Below, in pieces: positions 37,811-50,409 of a stretch of 64,000 bases of DNA. A model generated the notes under the pieces. That model was not told the DNA's origin. It searched no databases and saw only the letters and a program-made list of their open reading frames with translations. Origin of the DNA: Schmidtea polychroa (lineage: Eukaryota); assembly GCA_044892525.1 (NCBI GenBank), contig CM097885.1, positions 267,592,001 through 267,656,000 of the forward strand, given 5' to 3'. The position numbers and the translations under genes are program-made. How positions within the stretch are numbered: position 1 is the first letter of the stretch; every line of letters begins with the position of its first letter.

Positions 37811-39989
37811 TCAAACGTTACAAAAATTATGTAGTTATTTGACCATTGAAATTGAAATGCTCGTGCAGAATCGGTATATTTTACCGGAAAAGAAATGCTA
37901 TTTTATATGTAAAAAGAAATTTATATTATTAAAAGAAGAAAGTACTAAGTCAGTTAAATTCAAGCATATGTTCTAAATAGTTATATTAAATATCAGTTTA
38001 ATTTTACAGCTATTTATTTATGACACGTCTGAAACCCTGTTGGTGAAAAAGATTCTCAAATATTTGTCTTTCACATTCTATCTATCTAGGTTCTGATTAT
38101 ATAGCTAGTCTAACGGTCACAGAACGGGACACTGCATAAATGAGTCTTGAAATTTCTTGGGTCCTATAAATTCCTGGGGATAAAATTACATATTGTCCCA
38201 CTAAGACCTGACTGTATAAAACGTAGGGTAAGAAACAGACTAATATGAAAAGTGCAAATGAAATTCAGGCAAAATTTGTAATTGCAAAACTATGTAAACA
38301 ATTGCGTTTAGTAAATATTTCAGTTAAAAAGAGCTTATTCCATATAAGGAGAAATCACTTGACAATTGCTGTTTTGGGATTTATTTCAAAATTTGTTTAA
38401 ATGCATAATAGGTTTTAATTAAATATAATTAATTATTTCATTAAAATTTCATTAAATTGTCCAGATAATGTCATTAAGAACTAAATAATTTCCAGAAAAC
38501 AGTAAAGAAACAGAAAGTTAATTATTGTGGAAAAGATGAAAAAAAATATACAAAAAAGCAATCAACAAAATTTATACGCTTCTTATAATTTCCTGTATAA
38601 ATAAGTGAACAAATTAATTCANNNNNNNNNNNNNNNNNNNNNNNNNNNNNNNNNNNNNNNNNNNNNNNNNNNNNNNNNNNNNNNNNNNNNNNNNNNNNNN
38701 NNNNNNNNNNNNNNNNNNNNNNNNNNNNNNNNNNNNNNNNNNNNNNNNNNNNNNNNNNNNNNNNNNNNNNNNNNNNNNNNNNNNNNNNNNNNNNNNNNNN
38801 NNNCCAACAAAAGTAGGTAGATAATAGCTCACTGAACATCCAGTGCACCTCTTACCCCCCCCCCCCAAGTTGTTGCAGAAAGATACAAGGTATTTATTTC
38901 TAAGTCACACTATAATGAGGGGGTATTTTATGTTTTTGTAATTTTTTGTACAGAATTCATCTCACTAAATAGCAAAAGTATTAATTGGTCTGTTAAATTT
39001 TTTGTATGGAGAGTTAGATGATATGCCAATACATTATGAAGAAAGTATTTTTTCAGATTTTTGTAACTTAATTTTAACTTAAATATAAATCTTACGGTGA
39101 AATTTCATCTTTTTCAGCGAGCTTGTTTGTCTGAAATAAAGTTAATATAGAAACGAATTTCAGTGACGCGTTTCTATTAATCAAAAATTTGCATGCTTAT
39201 TTAGTATGTGTTGTGTTTGTGTGCAGTATTTATTTTCTCTACCACTTTTTCGATTTCTATAGATTAAAGTGTATCTCATTCCATAACTTTTTAAAACATT
39301 TGAAAAATGATGATAGATAGAGGAGAATCAAAAAGTTAATTATTTTTAACTACTCATAAATTGATAAATAAAATGATTGATTGATGTGAGGAACAATGAG
39401 AAAATTACTTTTGGAATATAATTTTATAATTCTTCAGATTGAAAAATCTCGTCAAGGAGATTCATTTAGTAATGAGTAAGATAAAGGTTTAATTACCCAA
39501 TTAAAGAAAATGAAATATGTAATTACTAAATTAATAACCAATCAAAATTCAGATAAATTGTAAAATATTAACATATAATAACATTTGATAACGTTTGAAT
39601 GTATTTATAAATATCAGTCCTGCCATACAAAGAGCCTTATTTCTTCACTAACTAAGCTGAACCCTTGTCATAAAAGGCTGTTGAACGATAATTGTTTGCT
39701 TATGAAATAGGCTTCCAAAAGAAAATTACATGCGAATACATAAACTCATCGTAATAAAAATGTGTTTTGCTAGTTTAATATATTACGTAACATAAACAAT
39801 GATTACTCCAAAAATCATTAAGAGAAGGGGAGCTTTCTTTAACTAATGTCCGGTTGAGGCAGCTTCATTTGCCCTCCTACCATATTTGTTTCAATTATTG
39901 TAATTCATGGCATATGGAAGTACAATGTCTTTACTGTCTGTATCAAGTCAAAAGGAATCATAACAAGCCAGTTTTTATTTTGATCAATA

Positions 39990-40530
39990 ATCATTTGTTC
40001 ATAAGTCAACAAAACATGAGCTCGAGTTTGACCATGTTTTGACCATGATAAGCACGTGACTTCCGCAGTTTCTTTTGATTTATTATCAATAACTTTAGCT
40101 TTTGAATCTCCAACCGAAACTTTATTTCTAAAGTGTTTAAATGTCTTCCTTCAGATAAAACCCATAACATTGCTTGTCCGTCTTTTCCACCACTAGCGCA
40201 CAATGAACCATCTGGTGAATCAGCAACAGTGTTTAAATATCCATTATGTCCAAAATGGTTAGTTCTTAACTTGCAGTTTGATAGATTCCGAAATTTAACA
40301 ACTTCATCCCAACCACAACTTACAATGCTTGGGTTTTCAGAAGTTGGAGAAAATCGAATACAGCTAATCCAATCAGTATGTCCATCTTATTGGATGGCGT
40401 ATTTACAGACACCCAAAGTGTTCCACAATTTGATGGACCTTCAATGATGGTACCATCTCTTGATCCGGAAATAAGAGTATTTGGATAAATTGGGTCAGTT
40501 GCAATCTGTGTAATAGGTCTTAATAAGTCT
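39990..40530 (-). pseudogene. RACK1: RACK1 (GNB2L1) pseudogene with internal deletions and a nonsense codon
   Basis: ITQIATDPIYPNTLISGSRDGTII joined to [42 protein letters not shown]...[39 protein letters not shown], then [12 protein letters not shown]. Confidence 0.9.
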
Positions 40531-40899
40531 GTGTAATAAGTCATGACTACTAAGTTATCCCCTCAGTCAATTGTTCAGTTATTCTTTTTTAATTTTTAAA
40601 TTCAAAATTCTTTCCAACAAAACGTTCTTTCAAACCAAATAAAACGTTTTTAACCAGAAACTCCAGAATTAAAATAATCAATTTGACAATTCACAATAAA
40701 ACATATATACCAATTCCTGCTTAAAAGGCACATATTCCGCTACTGTGTGCGCACACCAACACGAAAAACAATTTTAATAATGACGCGCACATAGACGCGA
40801 GGCCGAAATCGGCTGAAACACTGTCAAATAATTGAAGAATTTGGGAAATGGAAGTAAAAGTACACAGAATGACTTGCTGTATAATGAAACAACGACAGG

Positions 40900-41310
40900 G
40901 TATGGTATAGGATCGTTGTCCTGTTGAAATCTCCATTTATGAGGCATTCTTACCATGACATATGGCAATATTGCCTTTTCAAGGATGTAACGGTACACAA
41001 ATTTGTCCATGATGCCGGTGATATGTGTTAGTAGACCGGTTCCAGATCTTGAGAAAGCTCCCCAAACGACAACATTGCCATCTCCGTGCCTGACAGTTGA
41101 TTTTTGGTAGAGAGGATTGTACTTTTATCGATTTAAGCATAAAAATTTACATGGACCATCGGAACTAAAAAGGTTGAACTTTGATTCATCAGACCAAAGT
41201 ACAGTAGACCCTTGCTAATGTAGACCATTGACAAAGGCAATTCTTTCGCGACGATTTTTAACAGAAACATATGCCTTTTTAGCAGGGTTGTGTGCATGAA
41301 GTCCAACGCT
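40900..41310 (-). pseudogene. Tc1-like transposase, catalytic-domain part (downstream of the Polinton insertion; 3' end truncated)
   Basis: SVGLHAHNPAKK...VLWSDESKFNLF...TVRHGDGNVVVWGAFS...WRFQQDNDP, with in-frame stops. Confidence 0.9.
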
Positions 41311-42177
41311 AGTAGAGACAAGTGTGCTCCATGACTCATCGTTTTTTGTCATTTTTTTTGCACTACCCCCCCCCGATGACTCAGTGCAAAACAAAGACAT
41401 ATGACTCATCCATAGCAACAGTGGTAACTGGGTCAAGGTCATATGACTCATCCATAGCAGCGGCTACAACTAGGTCAAGGTCATTCTATTTTTAGTAACC
41501 AGGTCACATGACGTCATCGATGACTCATCAAGGTCATTCTATTTTTAGTAACTTGGTCAAGGTAATTCTATTTTTAGTAACACGGTCATGTGACGTCATC
41601 GATGACTCGTCAAGGTCATTCTATTTTTAGTAACAAGGTCATATGACTCATCATTTTTGGAACAAAGCCAACTGACTCATTATTAAAGTATGTATGACTC
41701 ATCATTTTTTAAACAAAGACATATTTAATATTTAAATAAATACATTTAAACAAATATTTAAACAAAGACATTTAATCAAATATTTAAACAATGACATGTA
41801 AACAAATATTTAAATAAATACATTTAAACAAATATTTAAACAAATACATTTAATCAAATATTTAAATAATGACATGTAAACAAATATTTAAATAAATACA
41901 TTTAAACAAAGACATATAGACAAAGACTCATCGATGACTCATAGTTTAAATAAGGAGTTATTATTTTTTTTGTGCACTAGCCCCCCCCCCTGTATGACTC
42001 ATCGATGACTTTTTTGAACAAAGACCAATCATTTATTTTTAAAACAAAGACTCATCACACGACTCTAATTTTTAGAACAGACTTCTTTTTTGGAAAACCA
42101 AAATTTATTGTATGTCACTACAGAATAATAATTATAATTATAAGTAATATTAATAATAATATATAATAATAGGTAAT

Positions 42178-42255
<78 letters not shown>
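41311..42255 (+). repeat. Left TIR of the Polinton (internally repetitive, ends in (AAT)n)
   Basis: Reverse complement of ~56745-57683 with a few substitutions and small repeat-unit indels. Confidence 0.93.
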
Positions 42256-42260
<5 letters not shown>

Positions 42261-42396
42261 GAAAAATAATATTCAACAAAATATATTTAAATTACAAATT
42301 TACAATTTTACATTGTCTTTTTTACAAATGTCGATTGCATTGATTGTTTCTTACAATCTTGGTTTCATTGACAACTAATAATAATAAAAAAAAAAA

Positions 42397-42429
<33 letters not shown>

Positions 42430-42446
42430 TATTATTACCGAAATGA

Positions 42447-45400
42447 TCAGTAATCTTCTCCGTCAAAATTGTCGTCATCATCATATATAAAAGTGTCCCT
42501 TATCCGATAATGCCCATATGCCAAACTCTTGTTTTTCGATTTCCAATACCGCTTGTCATCTCTATTTGTCAGCGCCTTCTTAATGTTTTTTATGCTGTAC
42601 AATTGATGATTTTTGGATGCAATGCGGAATTGTGGCACAGAGTAAACCTTATTGTTAAAATAACAATCACGATAGGAATTGTGATCTAAGCCAGTATCTT
42701 TCAACGTGACAGATTTTGCTTTAAGAGTTTCTTTATCACCTAATAAGCTGTAACGAAGAAACACCCACTCCTTATATCTCAATCCTTTATTCTCGTCTTT
42801 GAATTTTCCAATGACGGAATCTAGGGCTCTACTATATAAAGGATGTTGTGGGTTATAATTAGATGTGTCAAGCAAGGAGTCACGAATCATGGCAGGTAAG
42901 AGAATGTCAAGACTACAATGTTTAATTTCCAAAAAGAAAGAGTCTGTATCACTAGCTACTATATTAATTTGACAGTTAAACTCATCGCGATATTTTTGCA
43001 ATTCATTATACTGCAACTGATACATTCTCAGTTTAGAAAGATCAAGTACAGTTTGCCCGATGTAGCTGGGCCTATCTAAACATACAGACTCTTTCCTAAG
43101 CAAAACCGAAATCAAATCATCGTCTATCCTAGTAGATTTCTTAAATGCCGGTTTTGAGGCATATGTGATAAGTTTTTGTGCGGAATTGCATAGTCGTAAG
43201 TTAATACGTTTTTTCAAGTTCTCAACAGTTTTTCCATACAAACTGTTATTGAGCAACTTGTAATAGTCTTTATCGAGCGGTGTTATGGATGCGGCTCGTA
43301 GTTGTGTGTTGGTATCTATGTATTTCTTGAAGACAGTGCTTTGTGTATACCTAATAGCCCTATGTACCTTGGTAACAACAACACCTAACTGAAGAAAGAT
43401 TTGGAGAAGTCGCTAATGTAGAACATAGTGTGTTTTTGGATCGTGTGTAAGTAGCAACTTCTCCACTTTAGAAAAAGGTGGGCACATCTTACCAGGAGCT
43501 ACCGGAAAATCATCTAGTTTGTCATGGATAGATTTCGGTATTTTTAAATCTACTTCTATAGTATAGCCATAATCAAGTTGATTTAAATCTGCCGTTGTGC
43601 ACTCAATTAATAATCTCTCTAAAGCAATGTCATCAGTCACCCATTCAAAACCACCGTCGGGAAGCTTTTGTGATAAAGCCCATCCATACAGGTTGTTGAT
43701 GTCAATATACAACAACTCTGTATTTTCATCACTACTAACAAAATGTTTATTCACAAACGTTATCCCACCTCTAATCCCACCTTCAAAGAAATTATACATT
43801 TCCATGTCGGTGAGAAGCTCAATCGGTTTATCAAGACTTAACAAAGCAGAACTCCAAGAAAGACCGGGGATACCTAGGAAATTCAAAGGCTCAAGCCTAT
43901 TATGAGCAATACTCTTAGCTCGGAATTGCTGAAAAAAGTCAGCCAACAGAAATACGTCTAATTTCAAATAGACCATCATATAATCCAAAAGGGAATTACA
44001 TGATGTCTCTTGCCAGATTAGTTTTGCTTTATTGTATTCATCATCGGATACATCACTCCATTTAGGGGGCAATTCTAATGTAGAAATTAATACATCAAGG
44101 GAAGTTGCAACATCATAAGGGAAAATCCCTTTACTCTTAATAATAGACCCTCTAAACTCAGATTCTGTCAAAGGTAATGTGTTAAGGGTTGAGACAGCAT
44201 TTTTCAAAGACGAATTTACAAACTGACAAGAATCTATAAATTTCACAGTCAGGGAATCAATATGCACAAAAAGAGATAAAAATATTTCACTTGTCACCGG
44301 TATACAAGAAATACGCCAGGACTTATATTTAGCCAAGCCAAATTTGAGGATATGATGGAGATCATACCCTCTCAAATTATGAAAGACTACAGGTAGTGTG
44401 TGGTATATTTTCCTGGAAAGATTACAAGTGTTACAAGCAGCACCAAGGAATTGACCGGTAAAGTGATCATGATCCCTGACTGGTTTAACTAATAATTTTT
44501 TACACAAATGACAGTTTGTGCTGTTATTAAAATTAATTTGGTCATTTTCTGTGAATATCATTTTCTTATTTTTATTTTTATAATAATAGGGAGTTACAAT
44601 CTTTTTAGCGATATCATTAATTTATTTTAAAAATTCGTCTATACAAGAAAGGCCTATGAATGATTTATAAAATTTTGCGCCTGAATAATTATTTATACAT
44701 AAAAGTCCAGCCGAAATGGGTGAATGTTTCTGATAATATTTAGAATCTTTAGGAAGGATTGCCTCAAAATCGGCATAAATAACAAAAGGAGGAGTAATCA
44801 TTTTACTATAGTCTGTAAATTCTAATAATGGATCTTTGGGTAGTGTGTACATTGTGGTTCCTAATTGGTTTCGTTCGCAAAGACCTTGATGTTTAATAAA
44901 ACTATCTTCAAATCTGAATCCATTCAGACATCTAGGACACCACTTACAGTAAATACGAACAGAACTTATTGATGAATTTCGGCAATTAAGAAAGATGTTT
45001 AAATCAGATATAGCGACGTAATGGTAGGTTTTCCGATTCTGTAATAATAACAAATTTAGACAAGTACCTCCTACTATTTTACTGCGATAAATTATATCTA
45101 TAAAAGGATGTTTCATGATGGGGCCCGAAATTAACCCAGTTTCGTCGTAACTTAAAACATTAATTGAATAACCTGGGTTTTGTCGTTCAAATTTTGAGAT
45201 ATTTGATAATTTCATTGGCATATCTGTCGGGTTATATATCAGATCTGAAAGGTTATAAGAACTAGGCAGATGACGCAATTCATCAGGAGTACTATCATAT
45301 TTTATAAGAGCCAAAACCGAGTAAAGGAAACAAAATTCGTCATCATTATTTACATTTATTATACATTTTTTCCTGATTAATGTTTTCGGGGTTTCAATAT

Positions 45401-46286
45401 ATTTACGACCACTCAACCTACTAATCTTTGAATATTTTGTCACAATAAAACTAATGTATTCTATTTTGTTGATGGTCCAATTACTTCCCTTTTCATTTAT
45501 TTTACTAATTTTTTCATTTAAAAGAGAGATACCATCATCAATAAATGTGTCGCTCCATACACGAGCAGAGTTTGAGATTATGAAAGACTGAAATTCATCA
45601 TTTTTCTCAAACTCTACTTTAATACAAAATTGAATTTTTACTGATTTCATTTTATTTACAATTTCTAACAATTTTTCTATGAGAACGTCAGGAACAGAAA
45701 GAATTTTACAATTCAAGGAAGATATATCCAACTTAACTATTACATGTGAACTATTCAGGTCGGAAACTACGTCGACTATACCACTACCTACTTGGGGTAC
45801 AACATCACTATTTTCAAATTCACTATTTACAACTTCACTATTTACAACTTCACTATTTACAACATCATCGTCGTCATCACTAATGACTATTATTTCTTTC
45901 ATCTTTTTTGTGGGAATTTCTGTGGAAATTTCTAAATGTCTTTTATTACCTATTATTCCTATTAATCTATTGACTGTTTCCATTAATTGTCGATTTTGTA
46001 TCAACATGGCATTAATCATACTTTTGTTGGTGGTCCTATTATTGATTTTTGTTGATGTTTCCATTAATTGTCGATTCTGTAAGTTTTCGGTGTTCCTATT
46101 ATTAGTTGATGATATATATTTTTGATACGCAATTCTGAAAACTGATTTTTTAGAAGGCATATATTGGGTTAAATGGTTACGATGTATATCATAAAATTCG
46201 GTATATGTCGATGTTTCAAGAGTTTGGCATGTAGGACATAACAAGTATGTTACACTTTTATATTCATGACCATAATATTTTTCCAT
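42447..46286 (-). pseudogene. Protein-primed DNA polymerase B, one reading frame interrupted by two stop codons
   Basis: The three listed ORFs are in one frame, separated by TAA (44622-44624) and TAG (43413-43415). Motifs: YADFE, FHNLRGYD, YIDINNLYG, KLLNNSLYGKT, SDTDS, plus the endonuclease-VII-like CHLC..RDHDHFTG..GAACNTCN. Confidence 0.95.
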
Positions 46287-47369
46287 AATATCGTCACAGT
46301 CATGATGTGTAGCACTGTTACAAAAGGTTGGATATTTATAACCTATAAAATAGTATTATTATCAAAATTATTATTATTATTATTATTATTATCAAAATTA
46401 TTATTATTTATTATTACTATATAATCTGAGTTTATACGACAAAATATTCTGTCCCTCCCTTGCTCACAAGTGTATTATATTTAAAGTTATTTTAATTACA
46501 TAAAAACATATTCATTTTCTTTATAAAAATTAATTTCATTATTTGTTTCATAACAAAATTGACTTCATACATTTTCTTTATAACAAAATTGACTTCATAC
46601 ATTTTCTTTATAACAAAATTGACTTCATATTAATTTAAAAAATCATAATAATTTAAAGTAAATTAATTTAAAAATCATAATAATTTAAACCATATTAATT
46701 TTAAAATTTTAAAAAACCTACATTTAGGTTTCTTGCACGCGAGATTGTGTACAGCATTAATTACTAAAAAATCATAATAATAATAATAATTTAAAAATTA
46801 AATTAACCATAATTTCCGGAAACATTATTTTCAATTCCATTACTTGCTGAAAAATTATAAGTTCCCGAAACATTATTTTCATTAATGTTGACTAAAATAT
46901 AAATAAAAATAGAAACATATTAATAAAAAATTACCCATACGATTTCTTTGAATCATTTCCTTGATTTCATTTGAAATATTTTGCATTTTGAATAAATGAA
47001 AAAGAATTACAAAAACATAGATTATATATGTAACGTTTATCCAATCAAAATGCAGATAGGATAGAAAAAATTAACGCACACATATTCATGTCTTTGTTTA
47101 AAAAAGAATGAGTCATCGATGACTCACAAATAATGTCTTTGTTACTCACATAAAGACATGCAATACAAGTGCATGACATTNNNNNNNNNNNNNNNNNNNN
47201 NNNNNNNNNNNNNNNNNNNNNNNNNNNNNNNNNNNNNNNNNNNNNNNNNNNNNNNNNNNNNNNNNNNNNNNNNNNNNNNNNNNNNNNNNNNNNNNNNNNN
47301 NNNNNNNNNNNNNNNNNNNNNNNNNNNNNNNNNNNNNNNNNNNNNNNNNNNNNNNNNNTAATACATTTA

Positions 47370-47720
47370 TTAAACAAAATTATACATTGATAACAACCAT
47401 GCAAGGCAATGTTGGCCACAAGTAATTGAAAATGGATTTTGATACCGAGTTCGATTATATACAATAGGTTTACCAATAGTTTGCAATTTACTAATTAATA
47501 AATTTGGGTAATAATATCCAAAGGGATCGAATGCATATACTCGGTTTGGTTTCACATATACAGCAATCCAATGTTCACCTCCTAAACTAGATGTATGAGT
47601 ATTGACGATTATGGCTTGATTATTTCTCAAATATGGAATTTTATCCAGTGGATAAACTCCAAGAAATTGGTTTCCCAATAATTGAGTACCAATTCGAGAC
47701 ACCTGAATAGAACTAATCAA
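47370..47720 (-). CDS. Adenain-like cysteine maturation protease
   Basis: IIVNT..SSLGGEHWIA (His), FDPFG (Asp), YQ....ITCGQHC (Gln/Cys). Confidence 0.9.
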   Translation of the reverse strand: MISSIQVSRIGTQLLGNQFLGVYPLDKIPYLRNNQAIIVNTHTSSLGGEHWIAVYVKPNRVYAFDPFGYYYPNLLISKLQTIGKPIVYNRTRYQNPFSITCGQHCLAWLLSMYNFV

Positions 47721-47784
47721 TAAGTTAAATTATAAAATAAAAATCTTACTCCATAAAAAACTTTAATCTTTTAAATTTCTTCAT

Positions 47785-49011
47785 TTATACTAGTACAGTT
47801 CGATTTGCAGTAATTTGGATTTCATTTTCAAAAACCCCATAGATTATTACATGGACTGGTTCAGTAGTTGCTTTACCGAACTTAATATCCAATCTCAAAT
47901 TGCCACTTTGAGGTAATTGACTTTGATTTAAATCAAAATCTGGAGCCAGAACAAATGTGAAAAATGGATAGAATGTTTTGAATTCTTCCAGACTTATACC
48001 ACAATTAAGATTTTTATCCAAATATCCTAAATTTCTGACAAGACTTTGCATATATGAAGTACAATAATTATCATTATCAAAATCTTGAGTATAAGTTTCT
48101 CGATAATCAGTATTTTTCGATAATGAAAGAGAAGTTACACTAAAGTGTTTGAATTTTGATGAGGATGTATCATAAGATCCGTTATATTGAGTTTCACTTT
48201 GAAAAGTTACAAGGATAAAATTAGGCATTCTTCGATCTCCAAATATTTGCTCCTTGTAAAAAGATGATGCTCCTTTAGCAATTGCAAATGATACAATTTC
48301 TTTTGTTTTTATCGGATAAATTGCATGTTTGGTATTTAATCCAATTTGATGTCCCGCTAATACAGACGATTCACATCGAACTCTTCGAACCATTAATTTG
48401 GCATCGAGTAATATTAATTTAGGTGCTGCACCTGCAACTCCAGTTGATAATGACAATGCAGAATCAGATCTTTTCAATCTCATATGTACATTAACACCTG
48501 GTAGTAAATATTTGGGTTGATCCATAAAATCCAATTGTAGAGATGAACACATGTTGAAAGTTTTTGAGCCTTTAATCCATTTTTTTCGATCATCAGATAC
48601 ACCATATCCCATTGGTGTTAGACAAGTATCTTTAGTATCATTATTATAATTTAAAATAGTTTCGATAATTGCCTTGTGAGCATATGTATTGTTTCCACCC
48701 TCAATTTTAATGTTATTAAATCCAAGAATAACATCTTTAAAGAGAGTATGAAACAAGAAATTATTAGGTTCAGTTGTATCATCTGCAGTTAATGCTTTAT
48801 TGTCTTTATCTACAACTTTTATTTGAACATACAACAAAGTATCGTTCAAATCTAAATATTCTGTTTGAGAACCATTAATGTAAAATTCCACATCATTTCT
48901 ACTATCGGTAATAGAATTCATTGGAAATACATCTTCAAATGCTCCATATTCGATAACCGCCTGAGGCGATGGTCGATCAAATATACATAATTCAGATTTA
49001 CCGCAAATCAT
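47785..49011 (-). CDS. Major capsid protein (double jelly-roll, hexon-like)
   Basis: 408 aa; KSELCIFDRPSPQ..VEFYINGSQTEYLDLNDTLLYV and GNLRLDIKF C-terminus typical of animal Polinton MCPs; lies next to the protease gene. Confidence 0.85.
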   Translation of the reverse strand: MICGKSELCIFDRPSPQAVIEYGAFEDVFPMNSITDSRNDVEFYINGSQTEYLDLNDTLLYVQIKVVDKDNKALTADDTTEPNNFLFHTLFKDVILGFNNIKIEGGNNTYAHKAIIETILNYNNDTKDTCLTPMGYGVSDDRKKWIKGSKTFNMCSSLQLDFMDQPKYLLPGVNVHMRLKRSDSALSLSTGVAGAAPKLILLDAKLMVRRVRCESSVLAGHQIGLNTKHAIYPIKTKEIVSFAIAKGASSFYKEQIFGDRRMPNFILVTFQSETQYNGSYDTSSSKFKHFSVTSLSLSKNTDYRETYTQDFDNDNYCTSYMQSLVRNLGYLDKNLNCGISLEEFKTFYPFFTFVLAPDFDLNQSQLPQSGNLRLDIKFGKATTEPVHVIIYGVFENEIQITANRTVLV

Positions 49012-49397
49012 TCTTCAAATATGGTTCCGTGTCCTTTCATTCGTTTGTTTATATGCCTTCTCCCTCTCTTGCGTTTAGTTCCCATACTTGTTTTAATTTC
49101 ACTTTCAAATTTACGTTTTACTGGTACCGTTGCTGGTTCAGTTTTAAACATACCAGGTATTACTTTACTTATTTCAGCAATTGCATTTGATTTCAACGAT
49201 GGTAATATTTTCTTATCATTCATAATTACATCTTTTGCAGTTTTCATACCGAAATTACCAATACGTCTAAGAATTGGTAACGCAAATCTACCAATTGTTC
49301 TCAACCACCCACTTCCGTACTGTTTACCAACAAAATATGGTAATTCGCCACCACTTTGGCTACCACTATACATACTAATAATATCAGAATTAGCCAT
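49008..49397 (-). CDS. Small basic virion/core-like protein with Gly-rich putative cleavage sites and an amphipathic helix
   Basis: QSGGELPYFVGKQYGSGWLRTIGRFALPILRRIG; basic C-terminus (KRKRGRRH); lies between the two capsid genes. Confidence 0.65.
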   Translation of the reverse strand: MANSDIISMYSGSQSGGELPYFVGKQYGSGWLRTIGRFALPILRRIGNFGMKTAKDVIMNDKKILPSLKSNAIAEISKVIPGMFKTEPATVPVKRKFESEIKTSMGTKRKRGRRHINKRMKGHGTIFEE

Positions 49398-50409
49398 CTA
49401 CTTTACGAAAATGTAGTGTCAAATGAGTTTTTGAATCTTTTGCAAATTCGATTAATTGACCAGAATCATCTCTTATATTTATTTCGATATTGTTTATACA
49501 GGATGTTGAAACAGGCAAATACATGGGATTTTCTACATTGATTTGTACAACATCATCTTGTTCATGTTTCTCAACCCAAATAGATTTCAATAGAGGAACC
49601 AAAGAATCACCAACAATTATGGGTTCAATAATATTAGTATAGAGAAACATTTGATGATGAAGTTTAATTATTTTCGGTTTATTCATACCTACATTTAATT
49701 TTCCATCTTGAATATATGTTCCTTTTGATAATCCTAATGTTTTTATTAGATTTTTATCAAAAGTAATTTCAGTAATATCAGTATTCAAACTGAATTTGAA
49801 CAAAGTATTGTCTACTAATTCCAATGATTTAAATATTGATCCACAATTTTGAATTAAATATGATTGTAATTCCTCCAATTTAGAAATGTATAAATTCTCA
49901 TTAAACGTATATGTATTTTCAGTTTCACCCTCAAACTCAACTTTCATTGAAATTGTCTCATATCGCGCTGCTACTTTGGTAAATCTCGGCCGTAGTACTT
50001 GGAATATATTAGTATGATTTCTATTACTCTGACTTGTTAATTCCAATCGTTTTGCCATTGCTAAACTATCAAATTTTATAGTAAAGGGATGATATTTACA
50101 TTCATCTATTAAATATTGACGATCAATATACATTTTGACAATTGAATCGGAAGGACCAATATCAATTCGATCTTCTACATTATCAATGACAAAAGAGATA
50201 TTTCTTTGCGTCTCTTTCTTTTTATATTCAATTTTAGCTTTACTATAAATTGGAAAGAGATTGTACACAAATGTAAAGTCAAGGAGAGCAACTTCCCAAT
50301 TACCATTTAAATAAATCGGATTTTGGAGATTGACCATAAATTTACTGGCAGTGTTTTCTGGATGTATATTCGGACAACTATTACTTGGCAAAATAATGTA
50401 AAAATTCAT
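49390..50409 (-). CDS. Minor capsid protein (penton-like)
   Basis: MNFYIILPSNS..ENTASKFMVNL..IYLNGNWEVALLD N-terminus and EINIRDDSGQLI..HLTLHFR C-terminus typical of Polinton minor capsids. Start placed at ATG 50409 (the ORF track uses 50436). Confidence 0.85.
   Translation of the reverse strand: MNFYIILPSNSCPNIHPENTASKFMVNLQNPIYLNGNWEVALLDFTFVYNLFPIYSKAKIEYKKKETQRNISFVIDNVEDRIDIGPSDSIVKMYIDRQYLIDECKYHPFTIKFDSLAMAKRLELTSQSNRNHTNIFQVLRPRFTKVAARYETISMKVEFEGETENTYTFNENLYISKLEELQSYLIQNCGSIFKSLELVDNTLFKFSLNTDITEITFDKNLIKTLGLSKGTYIQDGKLNVGMNKPKIIKLHHQMFLYTNIIEPIIVGDSLVPLLKSIWVEKHEQDDVVQINVENPMYLPVSTSCINNIEINIRDDSGQLIEFAKDSKTHLTLHFRKVDG

Noticed and set aside
43413-44624. Stop-codon read-through or an alternative genetic code for pPolB
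   Set aside because: The TAG aligns with Trp (TGG) in the paralogous pPolB, the two stops differ (TAA, TAG), other genes terminate normally at these codons, and a motif deletion co-occurs. Simple decay explains it better.
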